Shown in pieces: positions 62,606-64,000 of a stretch of 64,000 nt of DNA. Made by a program: the position numbers and the translations under genes. This stretch comes from an uncultured delta proteobacterium. Its GTDB lineage: Bacteria; Myxococcota_A; UBA9160; SZUA-336. Within the stretch, counting starts at the first letter, position 1. Each line of letters begins with the position of its first letter. The DNA lies in assembly GCA_963704165.1 (NCBI GenBank), contig CAVPHD010000001.1, forward strand, positions 512,001 to 576,000, read 5' to 3'. The notes below the pieces were generated by a model. That model was not told where the DNA came from and did no database searches. It worked only from the letters and a program-made list of their open reading frames with translations.

Positions 62606-63492
62606 GATTCACCTCCGAGGAGCCGCTCGCTCAGGCGGTCGAGCTCGCTCTCGCCGTGGAACTCGATTTCGATGCGGCCGCGCGCACGACGTCCGACGAT
62701 CCGCACTTTTGTCTTCAGCGCCTTTCTGAGCTGCTCTTCGAGATCGATCACGTGAACGTCTCTCGAGGGGCCCGGTCGCGGCTTCTGACGCGAGGTTGAC
62801 GCAGCGCGTCGTCCAAGCTCTTCCGCCGCTCGAACCGACAAACCCTGCCGAACGATCTGATCTCGGACCAGCGCGCGCTGCGGGGCCGGGACTTGCAGTA
62901 TGGCCTTCGCGTGCCCCATCGAGATGCGCTGATCGATCAGATCCTGCTGAATCGGAGTCGGTAGCTCGAGTAGGCGTAGGTGATTCGACACACTCGATCG
63001 ATCGAGCCCGACTCGGCGGCCGACCTCGTCCTGCGTCATTTCCTCGTCATCGACGAGCACCTTGAACGCCTCGGCGAGCTCCATCGGATTCAGGTCCGCT
63101 CGTTGGACGTTCTCGACCAGGGCCATTTCGACGACCTGCCGATCGCTCGCGTCGAGCACGACGACGGGCACCTCGTCGAGCCCGGCGATCTGCGACGCTC
63201 GCCAGCGGCGCTCGCCGATGATCAGCTCGTAGCCGTCACCGCGCTTTCGGACGACCAACGGCTGCAGGACTCCCTGCTCGCGAATCGAGGCCGCGAGGGT
63301 GGACAGCTCGCTCTCGCGGAATGCCTTGCGCGGCTGGTTGGGGTTCGGCGCGATGCGCGCGACCGAGACGAAGAGCGGCGCGGCCGTCGTGTCCTCGGAG
63401 TCCGGTCCGCTCCGCCCGCTCGACGGGACGGATGGCGACGGAGTGGGAATCAGGGCCGAAAGACCGCGTCCGAGCGCCTTACGTGTGGCCAT
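62602..63492 (-). CDS. parB: Chromosome partitioning protein ParB
   Basis: ALGRGLSALI, PNQPRK, GERRWRA, ENVQRADL, HTH. Confidence 0.96.
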   Translation of the reverse strand: MATRKALGRGLSALIPTPSPSVPSSGRSGPDSEDTTAAPLFVSVARIAPNPNQPRKAFRESELSTLAASIREQGVLQPLVVRKRGDGYELIIGERRWRASQIAGLDEVPVVVLDASDRQVVEMALVENVQRADLNPMELAEAFKVLVDDEEMTQDEVGRRVGLDRSSVSNHLRLLELPTPIQQDLIDQRISMGHAKAILQVPAPQRALVRDQIVRQGLSVRAAEELGRRAASTSRQKPRPGPSRDVHVIDLEEQLRKALKTKVRIVGRRARGRIEIEFHGESELDRLSERLLGGES

Positions 63493-64000
63493 GGTTGATC
63501 CTTTCCAGAACCTCCTCGGCGAGCTGCAGATAGCTCAGCGCTCCCTTGGAGTTGATGTCGTAGAGAAGCGCCGGCTTCCCATAGCTCGGCGCCTCCGAGA
63601 GGCGGACGTTTCGGGGAATCACCGTTCGGAAGACCTGGCCGGCGAAGTGCTCGCGCGTCTCGCGCGCGACCTGCATCGCCAGGTTGTTGCGAACGTCGTA
63701 CATGGTCAGCAGCAAGCCCTCGATCTCGAGCTTCGGATTCAGCGACGAGCGCACGAGCTCGATCGTCTGGGTCAGCTTCGCGAGACCCTCGAGCGCCAGG
63801 TACTCGCACTGCAGCGGAACCAGAACCGAATCGGCCGCGACCAGGGCATTCAACGTCAAGAGGCCGAGCGAGGGCGGCGTATCGATCAGAACTACCCGAA
63901 ATTGCTCGCGAATTGGATCTATCGCGCGACTCAGACGCCGCTCGCGATCGGGAGCCGAGGCGAGCTCGACCTCGGCCCCGACGAGCTCGGTGGACGAGGG
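63479..64000 (-). CDS. parA: Chromosome partitioning ATPase ParA, C-terminal part (5' end outside the window)
   Basis: IDTPPSLGLLTLNAL, PLQCEYLALEGL, IPRNVRLSEAPS. Confidence 0.93.
   Translation of the reverse strand, partial: PSSTELVGAEVELASAPDRERRLSRAIDPIREQFRVVLIDTPPSLGLLTLNALVAADSVLVPLQCEYLALEGLAKLTQTIELVRSSLNPKLEIEGLLLTMYDVRNNLAMQVARETREHFAGQVFRTVIPRNVRLSEAPSYGKPALLYDINSKGALSYLQLAEEVLERINHGHT

Noticed and set aside
62744..62759. parS-like sequence TCGATCACGTGAACGT in parB
   Set aside because: Only about 10/16 match to TGTTTCACGTGAAACA; the outer palindrome is missing.

Overview
Very GC-rich bacterial chromosome segment. The gene order (parAB-bactofilin-atpF'FHAGDC, argH-lipoprotein-dapF-dapA-dapB, an MXAN_5187-C-like gene) suggests a Myxococcota/deltaproteobacterial lineage, probably near the replication origin. 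Most of it is housekeeping: malic enzyme, acyl-CoA carboxylase, PBP1B, arg/dap genes, a sigma54-driven porin-glnB-glnA nitrogen cluster, tRNA-Ala(CGC), czcCBA, an Opp-type ABC importer, enolase, a Btu-type ABC importer, bioFAD, ATP synthase and parAB. Many conserved genes carry single-base frameshifts, most likely long-read indel errors. The main finding is a complete 3.56-kb IS1595-family transposon (47469-51032; 22-bp imperfect TIRs, 8-bp target duplication GAAGTTCT). It appears to have inserted in the 5' end of bioF, and its right end supplies a new in-frame start codon. Its cargo is a DUF5343-like gene, a densely structured 315-bp intergenic region, an NYN/PIN ribonuclease and small ORFs. 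The intergenic region contains a 70-nt tRNA mimic with an Ala-type G3:U70 acceptor, a Pro-type UGG anticodon loop and no D stem. This is a candidate RNA-regulated nuclease (toxin-antitoxin or defence) system. Other notable items are a DapA-family aldolase beside a PfkB kinase-KdsD-like isomerase fusion (possible Kdo/D-arabinose salvage), an Hsp70 with a ~190-aa insertion and no lid, and a pseudo-histidine kinase. All family assignments come from motif recognition, not database searches.
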